A stretch of 64,000 nt of DNA from Candidatus Bathyarchaeota archaeon (GCA_963715865.1 OY970280.1:992001-1056000), one strand, 5' to 3'. Positions 36,233 to 45,251 are shown, counted from the first letter of the stretch. Numbers and translations are program-made. Notes: generated by a model from the letters alone, not told the origin.

Positions 36233-37430
36233 CAAGAAAGGTTTCATATACAATACTCATGAAAGTGCTGAACGACCTTATTATGTATCTGCGCTGATTA
36301 AGGAATGTACCAAGCCACGTGAATCAATTTCAATTAACAATCTGGCAATTCTTGTCCACCAAAAACTGCGTCGAGAAATGTTTTTTCCAATCCCTGAGAG
36401 AGCGTGTCCATACATAATTCAAACAGCAATAGAGCTTAGGGTTCTTGAGAAAGATGTGTACAACGAAGGCATCGTGAACAGGTGGGGTGCCAGGGGATAT
36501 GTTCTCAACGAAATATCGCCTCAAATACCTTCAGGGCTACCTGACGACCTAAGGCTTCTGGAAAAAGACAGACTTGCTTTCTTGAAATATTACCTTGACG
36601 CCGATGGTCTTGCTCTGCTCTATCTTGTCAACAAGCTCAATTCAGAAGGGGAAATCAAACTTGCGGAACTGGTTCAAGGAAAACAGGTTGAACAAATGTG
36701 GAACAGCATCATCAAAGAATCACTGTTGTATACAAAGAACAGCAAGCTTAGAAGCGAAATGCAAGAGCTTATGAAAAGCAGCAGATTCCTGACAGGAAAC
36801 CCTCGAGCAACCGGCAAAACTTTGGAGCATATCAGGAAACAAAGAGTTACTCCCCATTTGGATATATTGGTGGATTTGGGTATCCTGGAGAGAAGCCCTC
36901 CACCCATGAATAGAACCGCTGTCGCAGAAGGTCTAAGAATGAAGGATAATAGAATGAAGAAGGCTGCATTAACAAGCAGTGAGAGAGTTGTCTATCGTCC
37001 AAAGTTTGAAAACAACATTAATCGAGTAGAGGCCTTTTTGAAGGAGTTTATGAATGCCCAAACTGTGGACCGCATACTCTCAACGCATGAAGGAGGGTTT
37101 TTTTCAGCCGCTGCCTTGATGTATGGTTTCAGTTTCCCCAGAGTTAGTTTAGAAACAGACTTTGTCCTAATACAAAAAGAAGTCGTTAAAGCTTACGAGT
37201 CTTGTCGCGATGACGTATACCGGCTAGCCTTCATTGACGCGATTTCTGATATAGTTTGTGTTAACTTACAAGTATTTGCTAAGAAGGTTTGTGAGCCTCA
37301 AGATGTCCGATCAGTTGTAGAAAAAATGCACCAAGCTTCGGAGAAAGATGTAAGATTTCACAGAGACAACTATGGAGTTATTACCTACCTAGTGTTAAGC
37401 AACGATTATGTCAAGACAGTTTTATCCTAA
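36213..37430 (+). CDS. Hypothetical protein, 405 aa, possibly tandem wHTH
   Basis: Start overlaps the HerA gene end; no catalytic motif recognised. Confidence 0.7.
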   Translation: MAGLNINKKGFIYNTHESAERPYYVSALIKECTKPRESISINNLAILVHQKLRREMFFPIPERACPYIIQTAIELRVLEKDVYNEGIVNRWGARGYVLNEISPQIPSGLPDDLRLLEKDRLAFLKYYLDADGLALLYLVNKLNSEGEIKLAELVQGKQVEQMWNSIIKESLLYTKNSKLRSEMQELMKSSRFLTGNPRATGKTLEHIRKQRVTPHLDILVDLGILERSPPPMNRTAVAEGLRMKDNRMKKAALTSSERVVYRPKFENNINRVEAFLKEFMNAQTVDRILSTHEGGFFSAAALMYGFSFPRVSLETDFVLIQKEVVKAYESCRDDVYRLAFIDAISDIVCVNLQVFAKKVCEPQDVRSVVEKMHQASEKDVRFHRDNYGVITYLVLSNDYVKTVLS

Positions 37431-37431
37431 A

Positions 37432-38583
37432 CTAATCCTGTGGAACTGTTGGGAAATGAGCTTGAACAAATTCTGGTGTTATTTTGTTTGGATAGATCTC
37501 ATCTTGTGCCCGTGAAGTCAGAAAGTCGAAGTATTTCATAAGATTGCGCGGGGTCAAATCATCCCCTTGTTTTGATATTAATTGAATTGTCAATTTCAAA
37601 CTTTCTTTGGTGAATGGATAGTATTTGTCCTCCACTTTTTCGTTCTGGAATTTTTTATTGCATAGTAAGTCCGAAATGAATTCGAGACTTTCTTCAAACG
37701 TAAGCGGAGGGATTTGAATTGTACGCGAGACCCTGCTTTGCAGGTCCAGAATGAGGAGATCTTTCATAACCGAGAAACTACCAGAAGCAAAGGAGAGGGC
37801 AAGTGAGAGATTATCGGGGCAGAGGTCAAACATATCACGTATTCCTTGTTGTATCGCAACAAAGTTATTTTGACTTTGCTTTCTTATTTCGGCAAAGTAA
37901 TGGCAATCATCTAGCACCCAAATTAAAGAGCAATACTCGTGGCATTTATCATCCTGATAAGTTAACATTCTGACAATAGAAGATGCTGCTTTGACAAAAT
38001 CCGAATCGTCAGTTAGATTTGCTGAAACGCCCAGAACCGATAAATATCTTTTGGAAAGGCGCTCTCCGGAAAGCCAAGCCTGCGAAAGCAAACAAATTGG
38101 GTCTCTAACAGACTTTGACGTTGCGACACTTCTTCCAAGAGCTAGAATGACGTTGGCAATGTCCATCCGCCCGCAAGCTATTTCATTTGTGACGATTTCG
38201 ATGGCCTTCATCTCTTCATCTAAATTTACTCCGCTGGGATTCAGTTTCGTCCAGATATCGGCGGCGACCTTGGCGAGGGCAATTGGGTTCATAGCTGAAA
38301 AAAATCCCTGTTGGTACAAATCTGCAAATCTGCGCATTTCTTTGGGCAGAGGTGAATAAACAACCGTATTCTTTCCCTCTTTTTCGAATGAGTTTTTGAA
38401 ATGAAGTAGAGAGTGAGATTTACCCGCGCCTACATAGCCCCAAACGCATAGCAGCGTCGACCTCTTCTTTTCTATTGTGTCGGCAAACGACATTTTTAAT
38501 TCTTCAAATAATTTCTTTCTATCCGCCCAGATATCAGGGGATCGCTCCGGCACCATTCTAAATGGCCAACTTTTGAAATACAT
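37432..38583 (-). CDS. Second AAA+ P-loop ATPase, paralog of 33584-34759
   Basis: WGYVGAGKS; WVLDD; YPFT...LTPR; start reassigned from 38808 to the Met at 38583 (MYFKSWPF). Confidence 0.8.
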   Translation of the reverse strand: MYFKSWPFRMVPERSPDIWADRKKLFEELKMSFADTIEKKRSTLLCVWGYVGAGKSHSLLHFKNSFEKEGKNTVVYSPLPKEMRRFADLYQQGFFSAMNPIALAKVAADIWTKLNPSGVNLDEEMKAIEIVTNEIACGRMDIANVILALGRSVATSKSVRDPICLLSQAWLSGERLSKRYLSVLGVSANLTDDSDFVKAASSIVRMLTYQDDKCHEYCSLIWVLDDCHYFAEIRKQSQNNFVAIQQGIRDMFDLCPDNLSLALSFASGSFSVMKDLLILDLQSRVSRTIQIPPLTFEESLEFISDLLCNKKFQNEKVEDKYYPFTKESLKLTIQLISKQGDDLTPRNLMKYFDFLTSRAQDEIYPNKITPEFVQAHFPTVPQD

Positions 38584-38659
38584 AATTTGACTCCGTGCAT
38601 GAATTTTAGGAATAAGACTATTATCTCTCAACCTAAATAAAACAATGTGGAAATAAAAC

Positions 38660-39721
38660 ATGGCTAGGACTGGGTTTCTTCTCAGCGGAGAAGGCTTTGT
38701 TTGGGCGCGCCAAGGTCTGACCAAAATTAACGAACTGAGCCCTGGGGACAAATTACTTGGACTAGAATCAGGAAAACCCTCATGGTCCATTCTCGAATCG
38801 GTAAGCAAGAGACCCGGTCTTGATCGATTACTTAGAATAACAACGGACGGAAATGAGATTCTAATTTCAAAAGATTCTGAGGTTTTTGCCGTGGGAGGAG
38901 TTAAAAGGGCTTCCGAATTAACGGTGGGTGAAATTATTGAAACTTATAATATTCCGCAGGAAACTCAAGAATTAATGAATGACGGAAAGCCGATCTTCGT
39001 GGAATCTGAAGCAGGGCCTCTACGAATTGATAGCAAAATAGCATACATTTTGGGCACCCAAGTTAGGTCTCAAAAATTTGAGGATAAAGTAATCATAAAA
39101 GACCTTAGTCCAAACCACGCTTATGAAGTTGCCAAGTTGTGCTCAGAGGCATTGAAGGAACAATTCATTCCACATAAGGTCTATTACCTTGATGGAGGAA
39201 AAAAAGTCCGAGTTGACTGCGTTCCTCTGGCTCAAGCTTGCAGAGAAATAACTCAAACGAATATCCCAAGATTCATTCGGCAGTCAAATACTACGGTCTT
39301 GAGGTATTTTCTCATCGGTATACTGGATACCATCATTTGTTTAAATGAATCTGAAGATCCGCCAACTTCGTTCATTACCCTCGCTAAGCAAAGCGAGTTT
39401 AGAAGATTTGTTATAGATTGCTTACGATTGTTTGGAATAATTCCAATAAAGACATACGTTATTCACTCCTCCCAAGGACCTGCATACGTAAAGACATATG
39501 CAAATCCTAAAGACTTGATTCAATTGGGTCTGAAGTTCATCAAGGTTGAAGATGCACCGATTCTGACGGCAATACACGAAAAGGATGCTATGAGTTATTG
39601 CATTATCAGAAATATCTCAGAGTTTCAGGGGAAGCTATATTTTGTGCCCGAACCTAAGCTGCACTGGAGCCTCATAGCGGACATGGCGCCTTTGCATCGC
39701 CACGCTTTCTCTGATCCTTAA
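38660..39721 (+). CDS. Free-standing degenerate intein (Hint plus LAGLIDADG) protein
   Basis: Block A-like LLSGEGFVW..GL.KINEL.PGD; AYILG and FLIGILD helices; C-terminal LIADMAPLHR; catalytic residues replaced. Confidence 0.75.
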   Translation: MARTGFLLSGEGFVWARQGLTKINELSPGDKLLGLESGKPSWSILESVSKRPGLDRLLRITTDGNEILISKDSEVFAVGGVKRASELTVGEIIETYNIPQETQELMNDGKPIFVESEAGPLRIDSKIAYILGTQVRSQKFEDKVIIKDLSPNHAYEVAKLCSEALKEQFIPHKVYYLDGGKKVRVDCVPLAQACREITQTNIPRFIRQSNTTVLRYFLIGILDTIICLNESEDPPTSFITLAKQSEFRRFVIDCLRLFGIIPIKTYVIHSSQGPAYVKTYANPKDLIQLGLKFIKVEDAPILTAIHEKDAMSYCIIRNISEFQGKLYFVPEPKLHWSLIADMAPLHRHAFSDP

Positions 39722-39870
39722 GTGGACAGCAGACATATGCTCGTTTGAAAGTACATTGCAACGGAAAAAGCGTGATAAATCCAGTCATTCTTTTAAAGCA
39801 ATATTGTTATATGTTGTTTCTGTGTCTGATTTGAGACTTGAGCGGTCCCTTTTTGCAGCTTAATCCAGAA

Positions 39871-39987
39871 AAGAAGCCTAACAGGCTGATTAATGAAAAG
39901 CGTCCTTGTCTTCTTCAGCATGCTTACAATCCTGCGGATTGGTTTCCGTGGGGTCAAGAAACCTTGACAAAGCAACTCATCCCTTAA
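39871..39987 (+). pseudogene. N-terminal fragment of a YyaL/SPATA20 (DUF255) thioredoxin-domain gene
   Basis: [27 protein letters not shown], then an early stop. Confidence 0.8.
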
Positions 39988-40074
39988 ACGCTTGTTAAAC
40001 GCACTAAACAAGTTTAGTCAAAAGCTTTATTGTAAAAAATATTAAAAACTAATGAAAAGTTAGGACTAAATGAG

Positions 40075-40365
40075 TTATTGTGGCTTCCATGTGCAGTTGA
40101 TTGCTTTATTATCGCAGGCTAACACGCATGGAGCCTTATTGGTTTCGGGCTTGCAGGAAGAGCAGGTGTACTTTATTTTTTTCCGGTGCTCCTCCGTAAC
40201 GGATGCAACGGTCTTATCCTCAAGGTCTATGAGCATGGTTTCCAGCTGAAGTGCTGATTGAGGACATTGCTTAACGCATTTGCCGCAGCCGTTGCACTTG
40301 TCTGTGTCGATAGTTATGTAGTAATCGCCTGACCCATTGCTGTAGCCATAATGCGTAATAATAAT
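40075..40365 (-). CDS. BzdM-like 4Fe-4S ferredoxin, about 96 aa, no canonical start codon (not in ORF track)
   Basis: HYGYSNGSGDYYITIDTDKCNGCGKCVKQCP ... CSSC ... PCVLAC. Confidence 0.85.
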   Translation of the reverse strand: MIITHYGYSNGSGDYYITIDTDKCNGCGKCVKQCPQSALQLETMLIDLEDKTVASVTEEHRKKIKYTCSSCKPETNKAPCVLACDNKAINCTWKPQ

Positions 40366-40368
40366 CCA

Positions 40369-41292
40369 TCAACCCCTTCCGTCTGTTTTTTGCGCCTTCT
40401 CATACAGCGCCTTAGCAAAAAGCGCCGCGCCCAACGCACCCGCAATCATCGGGTCTAACCCGTTTTCCCGCCAATTAGGCATCGGCAAACACTTCACGCC
40501 CAAAACAACCTCTATTCTGCTGACAACCCCAATGTTTTTCGACTGCCCACCCGTAATCACCAATTCTTTTTCTAAACCTACCCTATCGATTAAGTTAGCC
40601 ATGCGAACCGCCATGGCTCGCGTGTAAGCAGCCAAAACCATCTCTTTAGACCAGCCCTTACGCAAGAGCCCCATGGCTTCGGTTTTCGCAAAAGCCACGC
40701 AGGTGCAACTTACCGGCGGCGGCTCCTCGTCCACCTTTAATGAGATTTCACCAATTTCTTCAATGGAAATTTTTAGTAAATCAGCGAAAACTTCCATGCC
40801 TCTGCCAGTTCCAGCTGCACATTTGTCATTCATCAAGAAAGAAACCACTCTGCCTGTTTCATCGCTGCGGATGGCTTTGATGTCTTGTCCTCCAACATCC
40901 AGCACGGTTCGAACGCTGGGTCCCCAAATATAATTTGCGCCTTTAGCATGACAAGCAATTTCCGTTACGGCTTTGTTTGCCATGGGAACGTTAACTCGCC
41001 CATAACCCGTGCCAACAATATATTTGAGGTCACTTACCTTAAGCCCAGTTCCCTCCAGCGCCCAATCTAAAGCTTTCTTGGCGCTCTCAGGACTGTTAGA
41101 GCCAGTTCGTGTTATTCCCCAAGAGTAAGCTTCACCATTAATCATTATGGCTGCTTTGGAGCTGACTGAACCAACATCAACACCTGCGGTGATTATGTCC
41201 TTGTTTGTCCATTTCTTGCCCTGCACTACACGATGGTACTCGCGCCAACGCCAAAACTCAACCTCATCCTTAATTGTGCTTGGCTCTTTCAT
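40369..41292 (-). CDS. ASKHA ATPase activator, BzdQ/BcrA-like
   Basis: EFWRW N-terminus; GVDVGS; TGYGR; DVGGQD; NDKCAAGTG; SCTC. Confidence 0.88.
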   Translation of the reverse strand: MKEPSTIKDEVEFWRWREYHRVVQGKKWTNKDIITAGVDVGSVSSKAAIMINGEAYSWGITRTGSNSPESAKKALDWALEGTGLKVSDLKYIVGTGYGRVNVPMANKAVTEIACHAKGANYIWGPSVRTVLDVGGQDIKAIRSDETGRVVSFLMNDKCAAGTGRGMEVFADLLKISIEEIGEISLKVDEEPPPVSCTCVAFAKTEAMGLLRKGWSKEMVLAAYTRAMAVRMANLIDRVGLEKELVITGGQSKNIGVVSRIEVVLGVKCLPMPNWRENGLDPMIAGALGAALFAKALYEKAQKTDGRG

Positions 41293-42074
41293 TTTTGCCC
41301 CTCCTTAGCTCGGCTTGCCGCTGCAAGAGCTGCACCTAAAGCACCAGCAAAATCTGGAAACTCGGGAATCAACACGTTAACACCTAACTTTCGATTTAGC
41401 GATGCAACAAAACCAACGTCCTTTGCTATACCGCCAACCAGAACCACGTCAGGGTTTACCCCTAACCTGTGAACCATAGATGAAATTCGGTCAGCCATTG
41501 CATCAAAAACTGCCCTTGCAATTTCAGGCTTAGACTCTTGGCGGTGAATCAGCGACACAACATCGGATTCACCGAAGATAACGCAGGAAGCGTTTATGGG
41601 GCTTGCCCGTTCCGCCTTAAGCGACAGCGGACCCATTTCCTCCAATTTCACCTCTAAAGCCCTTGCCATCGCCTCAATGAAAGCTCCCGCACCAGCGGCG
41701 CAGCGTTCGTTAACGACAAAATCAACCATGAGACCTTTCTCGTCGCATTTGACGGCTCTTGCTTCTTCGGCGCCAACATCAATTATCGTTCTAGCCTTCG
41801 GAAAAAGGTAGACTCCTGCTTTAGCATCAGCGCCCATCATGCTTACGGTGCTTTTGGCATAAGGCGCCATTTCCATGGCTGAACCAGTAGCAACAAAATA
41901 AGCCACATCAGATATTTTCAGGTTTGCCTTTTTCAGTGCCTCATCCACTGCTTGTTCGGCGGCTTTGGTTGGATCGAACCCTGAGAAAGCTTGTCCTCTT
42001 GATACAACAGCGTCGTCTTTTAGGATTACCGCTTTTACTCTTTGAGTGCCTAAATCCATTCCAACGGTAATCAC
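41289..42074 (-). CDS. ASKHA ATPase activator, BzdP/BcrD-like
   Basis: GMDLG; IDVGAEE; NERCAAGAG; ASCVIFGESD. Confidence 0.88.
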   Translation of the reverse strand: MITVGMDLGTQRVKAVILKDDAVVSRGQAFSGFDPTKAAEQAVDEALKKANLKISDVAYFVATGSAMEMAPYAKSTVSMMGADAKAGVYLFPKARTIIDVGAEEARAVKCDEKGLMVDFVVNERCAAGAGAFIEAMARALEVKLEEMGPLSLKAERASPINASCVIFGESDVVSLIHRQESKPEIARAVFDAMADRISSMVHRLGVNPDVVLVGGIAKDVGFVASLNRKLGVNVLIPEFPDFAGALGAALAAASRAKEGQK

Positions 42075-42084
42075 GAAATCACCT

Positions 42085-43428
42085 TTAGAAATCCACTCTT
42101 GCCGTTAACATTTCAAGGAACGCTTCAACACGCGTCTTCATTTGTCCCACGTCTTCCCTAGTGTAATCTGTGTCAAGATAGTACACGGGTATATTTATTT
42201 TGTCAAGAGCTTTCTTAATTCTGGTGTACTCCATGCCGTAGAGCATGCAACCGCGCACTACATAGTAAATAACGCCTTGAACATTCCATTCTTTAACCTT
42301 ATTTATCAACCAGTTAATTCTATCTTCATTTCCATCGCTAGACGTGAAGCAGGGGCAAGTGGAAGCCATCAAGTATCGTTCTCCAATAGCACTCAGCATG
42401 TCATCCATTGTCCATTCGTCTACGCCAACTGGGTCGTTGAGAATTCTTTCGCCTGAACAGAGCTCGTCTGCAACAATAATGCCCTTAGGATTAGCTTCCT
42501 CGACTAACGTTGGAAGCTTCCAGTTATCAGGCCAAAACATTGGAGTACCCGTAACTAGTACCCGCGGAGTATCAGGTGAACAAACCCACTCTTTCCTTTG
42601 CGCTCTCTGCTCAAGCTCATCACACAATGCCTCAGTTTTCTCTGTCCACCGCTTTTTATCGTCCCACAAGTACGTTTGATTAACAAGCATAGCGTCTCTG
42701 CCCATAATTACCGGTGGACCCTTACGCAAATCCTGCAAGCGACGGAACGCTTTTGTTGCCCTCTGGGTCTGTTCAATAGCCTCTTTCAAGCTTTTACGAG
42801 TGATTTTGTTGCCAGTAAACTCTTCAATCTGCGCTTTCATGTGTCTTATTTCATCATTCCAAAAGCGAAGTGATTGGGCTGAATCTTTAACCCTTGGAAT
42901 ATTCATTCCCCAAATCGTTTTGTAATCACTTAAAATCTCACTAAGCTTAGTCATTCCGTCACATGTTAAAACACTGATCAAAGCGTCGCTCAGCTCAAGA
43001 AAAGGTGACAGCTCAATCATTTTCGCGCCTATAGTTGAACGAATAACTGGACAAACCTCCACTGGCACAACCCTGTCGCCAAGCTTGGAAGTATCATACC
43101 AACCTGAATTCACTCGGACTGGAATGGCGTCTGCTGCTAAAATCAACTCTGTCGGAGCAAACAAACACATGTAACCAATAACTTTCTTGCCTTTCTCCTT
43201 CTCAGCCGCAATTTCTTTTTGGCGCTGACCAAATAAGTTTGCCATCTCATCAAAATATTTCATTGCTTGGGGCCTGTTAGGGTCAGCTTTCTTCATGCGT
43301 TCAATGTTGTCAGCAATTATCTTTTCAGAAGCAGTTTTTATTGTGTTTCTTAGTTCGTCAATTTCTTTCCTTGGAACTTCAGGCATGAACTTTTTTTCTA
43401 CTTTTTCGCTCTTCATTCTTCCCTTCAC
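42085..43428 (-). CDS. 2-hydroxyacyl-CoA dehydratase family protein, double-cubane-type signature
   Basis: CLFAPTE, VCP, TCDG, ELCSG, TCPC, GC (7 Cys); QMKTRVEAFLEML. Confidence 0.85.
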   Translation of the reverse strand: MKGRMKSEKVEKKFMPEVPRKEIDELRNTIKTASEKIIADNIERMKKADPNRPQAMKYFDEMANLFGQRQKEIAAEKEKGKKVIGYMCLFAPTELILAADAIPVRVNSGWYDTSKLGDRVVPVEVCPVIRSTIGAKMIELSPFLELSDALISVLTCDGMTKLSEILSDYKTIWGMNIPRVKDSAQSLRFWNDEIRHMKAQIEEFTGNKITRKSLKEAIEQTQRATKAFRRLQDLRKGPPVIMGRDAMLVNQTYLWDDKKRWTEKTEALCDELEQRAQRKEWVCSPDTPRVLVTGTPMFWPDNWKLPTLVEEANPKGIIVADELCSGERILNDPVGVDEWTMDDMLSAIGERYLMASTCPCFTSSDGNEDRINWLINKVKEWNVQGVIYYVVRGCMLYGMEYTRIKKALDKINIPVYYLDTDYTREDVGQMKTRVEAFLEMLTARVDF

Positions 43429-44408
43429 TCACTTGTTGACGGTTCTAACCAGTTTCTTGACTTAAATAGTGTCTTATTCCCAAACTTAACTTTCAACGTA
43501 TCCTCATACGGGCACATTTCCGCACACCGTAGGCATAGCATGCACATTGAAGTGTTAATTTTTCCTCCCTTCTGCTCATACACATCAGTTACTTGCGATT
43601 GGCAAACCCTCTTGCAAACGCCACATTTCGTGCATTTTTCCTCGTCTTTTTCAATATGAAGGAGAGGAGCCCACTTAAAACCCTTAAACCTATTCACCAC
43701 CGCTAATGAGGCGCCGGTTGGACAGAAGCGGCACCAAAAACGTCTCACAAAGAATGAACCTGCCAGCGTCAAACCCACAAAAGCAATAGCGACTGCTTGA
43801 CCAATGTTTTGGCCTAGATAAGTGAGAACTTCTTGAACATAGGGATAAGTCAAGTTAATCTGGAAAACAGCTACCGCCGCATTAGTCCACGGCACAACGA
43901 ACGGTATCAGAGGGTCAATCAGAATACTATATGGCCTAAATGGACCAGCTAAAAGCTGCGTCTCCATAACTGCGACAGCCATACTTGGAGGCGGCTGAAC
44001 CAGCCATAAAGCAGTGGGCACAAACAGGAAAAACAGTAATATTGCGTATCTTGATTTGTGCAGTATATTGTTTAGTCTATCAGGAAGGATTCGGTAACGG
44101 ATTTTTAACGCCTTTCTAACTAGAATGGTTAGGTCCATGACAAAGCCCAATGGGCAGATCCATCCGCAGTACAGCCGACCTATAACAATAGTCACTGCAA
44201 AAATAGCAATCAGCACGTAAAGAAGTGGGACGGTAAAGGTGAAAAAGTAAAAAAGTGATGCAAAAGCAACCGCCTGAATTACTAGTCTCATGTAGGTTAT
44301 TCTTGTTGCTAAGTTTTTCTTCCAAATCAAAATGGCGAGCACCCCCGCTACTCCAAGGCCTGCAAGCACTGCGATTCTTAGTATGTCGCCAACGATTTCC
44401 CAATCCAT
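43425..44408 (-). CDS. Membrane 4Fe-4S binding protein (NapH/MauN-like)
   Basis: CGWICP; WCRFCP; CTKCGVC...C; CMLCLRC...CP. Confidence 0.88.
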   Translation of the reverse strand: MDWEIVGDILRIAVLAGLGVAGVLAILIWKKNLATRITYMRLVIQAVAFASLFYFFTFTVPLLYVLIAIFAVTIVIGRLYCGWICPLGFVMDLTILVRKALKIRYRILPDRLNNILHKSRYAILLFFLFVPTALWLVQPPPSMAVAVMETQLLAGPFRPYSILIDPLIPFVVPWTNAAVAVFQINLTYPYVQEVLTYLGQNIGQAVAIAFVGLTLAGSFFVRRFWCRFCPTGASLAVVNRFKGFKWAPLLHIEKDEEKCTKCGVCKRVCQSQVTDVYEQKGGKINTSMCMLCLRCAEMCPYEDTLKVKFGNKTLFKSRNWLEPSTSE

Positions 44409-44429
44409 TCTTTTTTCGCCATTTTGATA

Positions 44430-45140
44430 TTATAAGTGGATTACCGAGCTTATCAATGTGCTAATTCCAAGCAGTATCAATATCCCTGCGCCACCTAACG
44501 CAACCCACTTCCTAAATAACGGTGCCTTGTTAAGAAGCCAACCCGTAACTCCTCCTAACAGCAATATGGGAGATAGAGCGGTTCCCAAGCCAAACATGAC
44601 TGCTAAAGCTACACTGCCAATGGGGTTTGAAAACGGCAAGGAATAAATCAAGAGCGCTACGAGCGGGGGACATATGATTAATCCTCTGCTTAAACCAAGC
44701 GAAAAAGCGCCAAAATCAAACCCAAACCTGCCTGTTTTAGCTTTTGCAACTAGGCTTTTGGTGTCAGCTGAACTGCATTCGCATGGTTTTCGATATTTTA
44801 CAAGCACACTAGCGCCAATTATTATAGTTACAATGCCGAAGGCAAGTGAAGAATACATTTGAAAGGGAGAAATAGCCGCGTTAGATACAAACAATCGAAA
44901 TAAGCCGCTGAATAAACCGACTAACCCTCCAATCAACGCGTAACCAGCAACCCGTCCCCCACTAAAAATTAAAGTTACGCCGATGCCTTTACGGAATCCA
45001 GCGCCGATACCTGCAATGTAGCTTGCAATATAAGGGAGACAGGATGCGGTGCAAACAACTAATCCATATAATAGTCCACCGGCAAACGCTCCTATATACG
45101 GGTTAGAGATTTGAGGTATTAACGACATGCAGGTGCTCAT
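44430..45140 (-). CDS. DsbD/TauE-like (sulfite exporter-type) membrane protein
   Basis: CTASC; GRVAGY; ICPP; multiple TM helices. Confidence 0.75.
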   Translation of the reverse strand: MSTCMSLIPQISNPYIGAFAGGLLYGLVVCTASCLPYIASYIAGIGAGFRKGIGVTLIFSGGRVAGYALIGGLVGLFSGLFRLFVSNAAISPFQMYSSLAFGIVTIIIGASVLVKYRKPCECSSADTKSLVAKAKTGRFGFDFGAFSLGLSRGLIICPPLVALLIYSLPFSNPIGSVALAVMFGLGTALSPILLLGGVTGWLLNKAPLFRKWVALGGAGILILLGISTLISSVIHL

Positions 45141-45251
45141 CCAATTTTTGTTAACCCAAATAATAAAGGCGAATCAATTTAAAGCTTACATTTTTTTTGC
45201 CTGCATATCTTTTTACCTTTTAAATGCAGCTTCCAGGAAGAGAAATGTGCC

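Noticed and set aside
37432-38808. Track start at 38808 for the second ATPase
   Set aside because: The extension overlaps the divergent intein-like gene and looks non-coding; the Met at 38583 matches the paralog's length.
38660-39721. Active intein or mobile homing endonuclease
   Set aside because: No exteins; nucleophile, block B His, terminal Asn and both LAGLIDADG acidic residues are missing.
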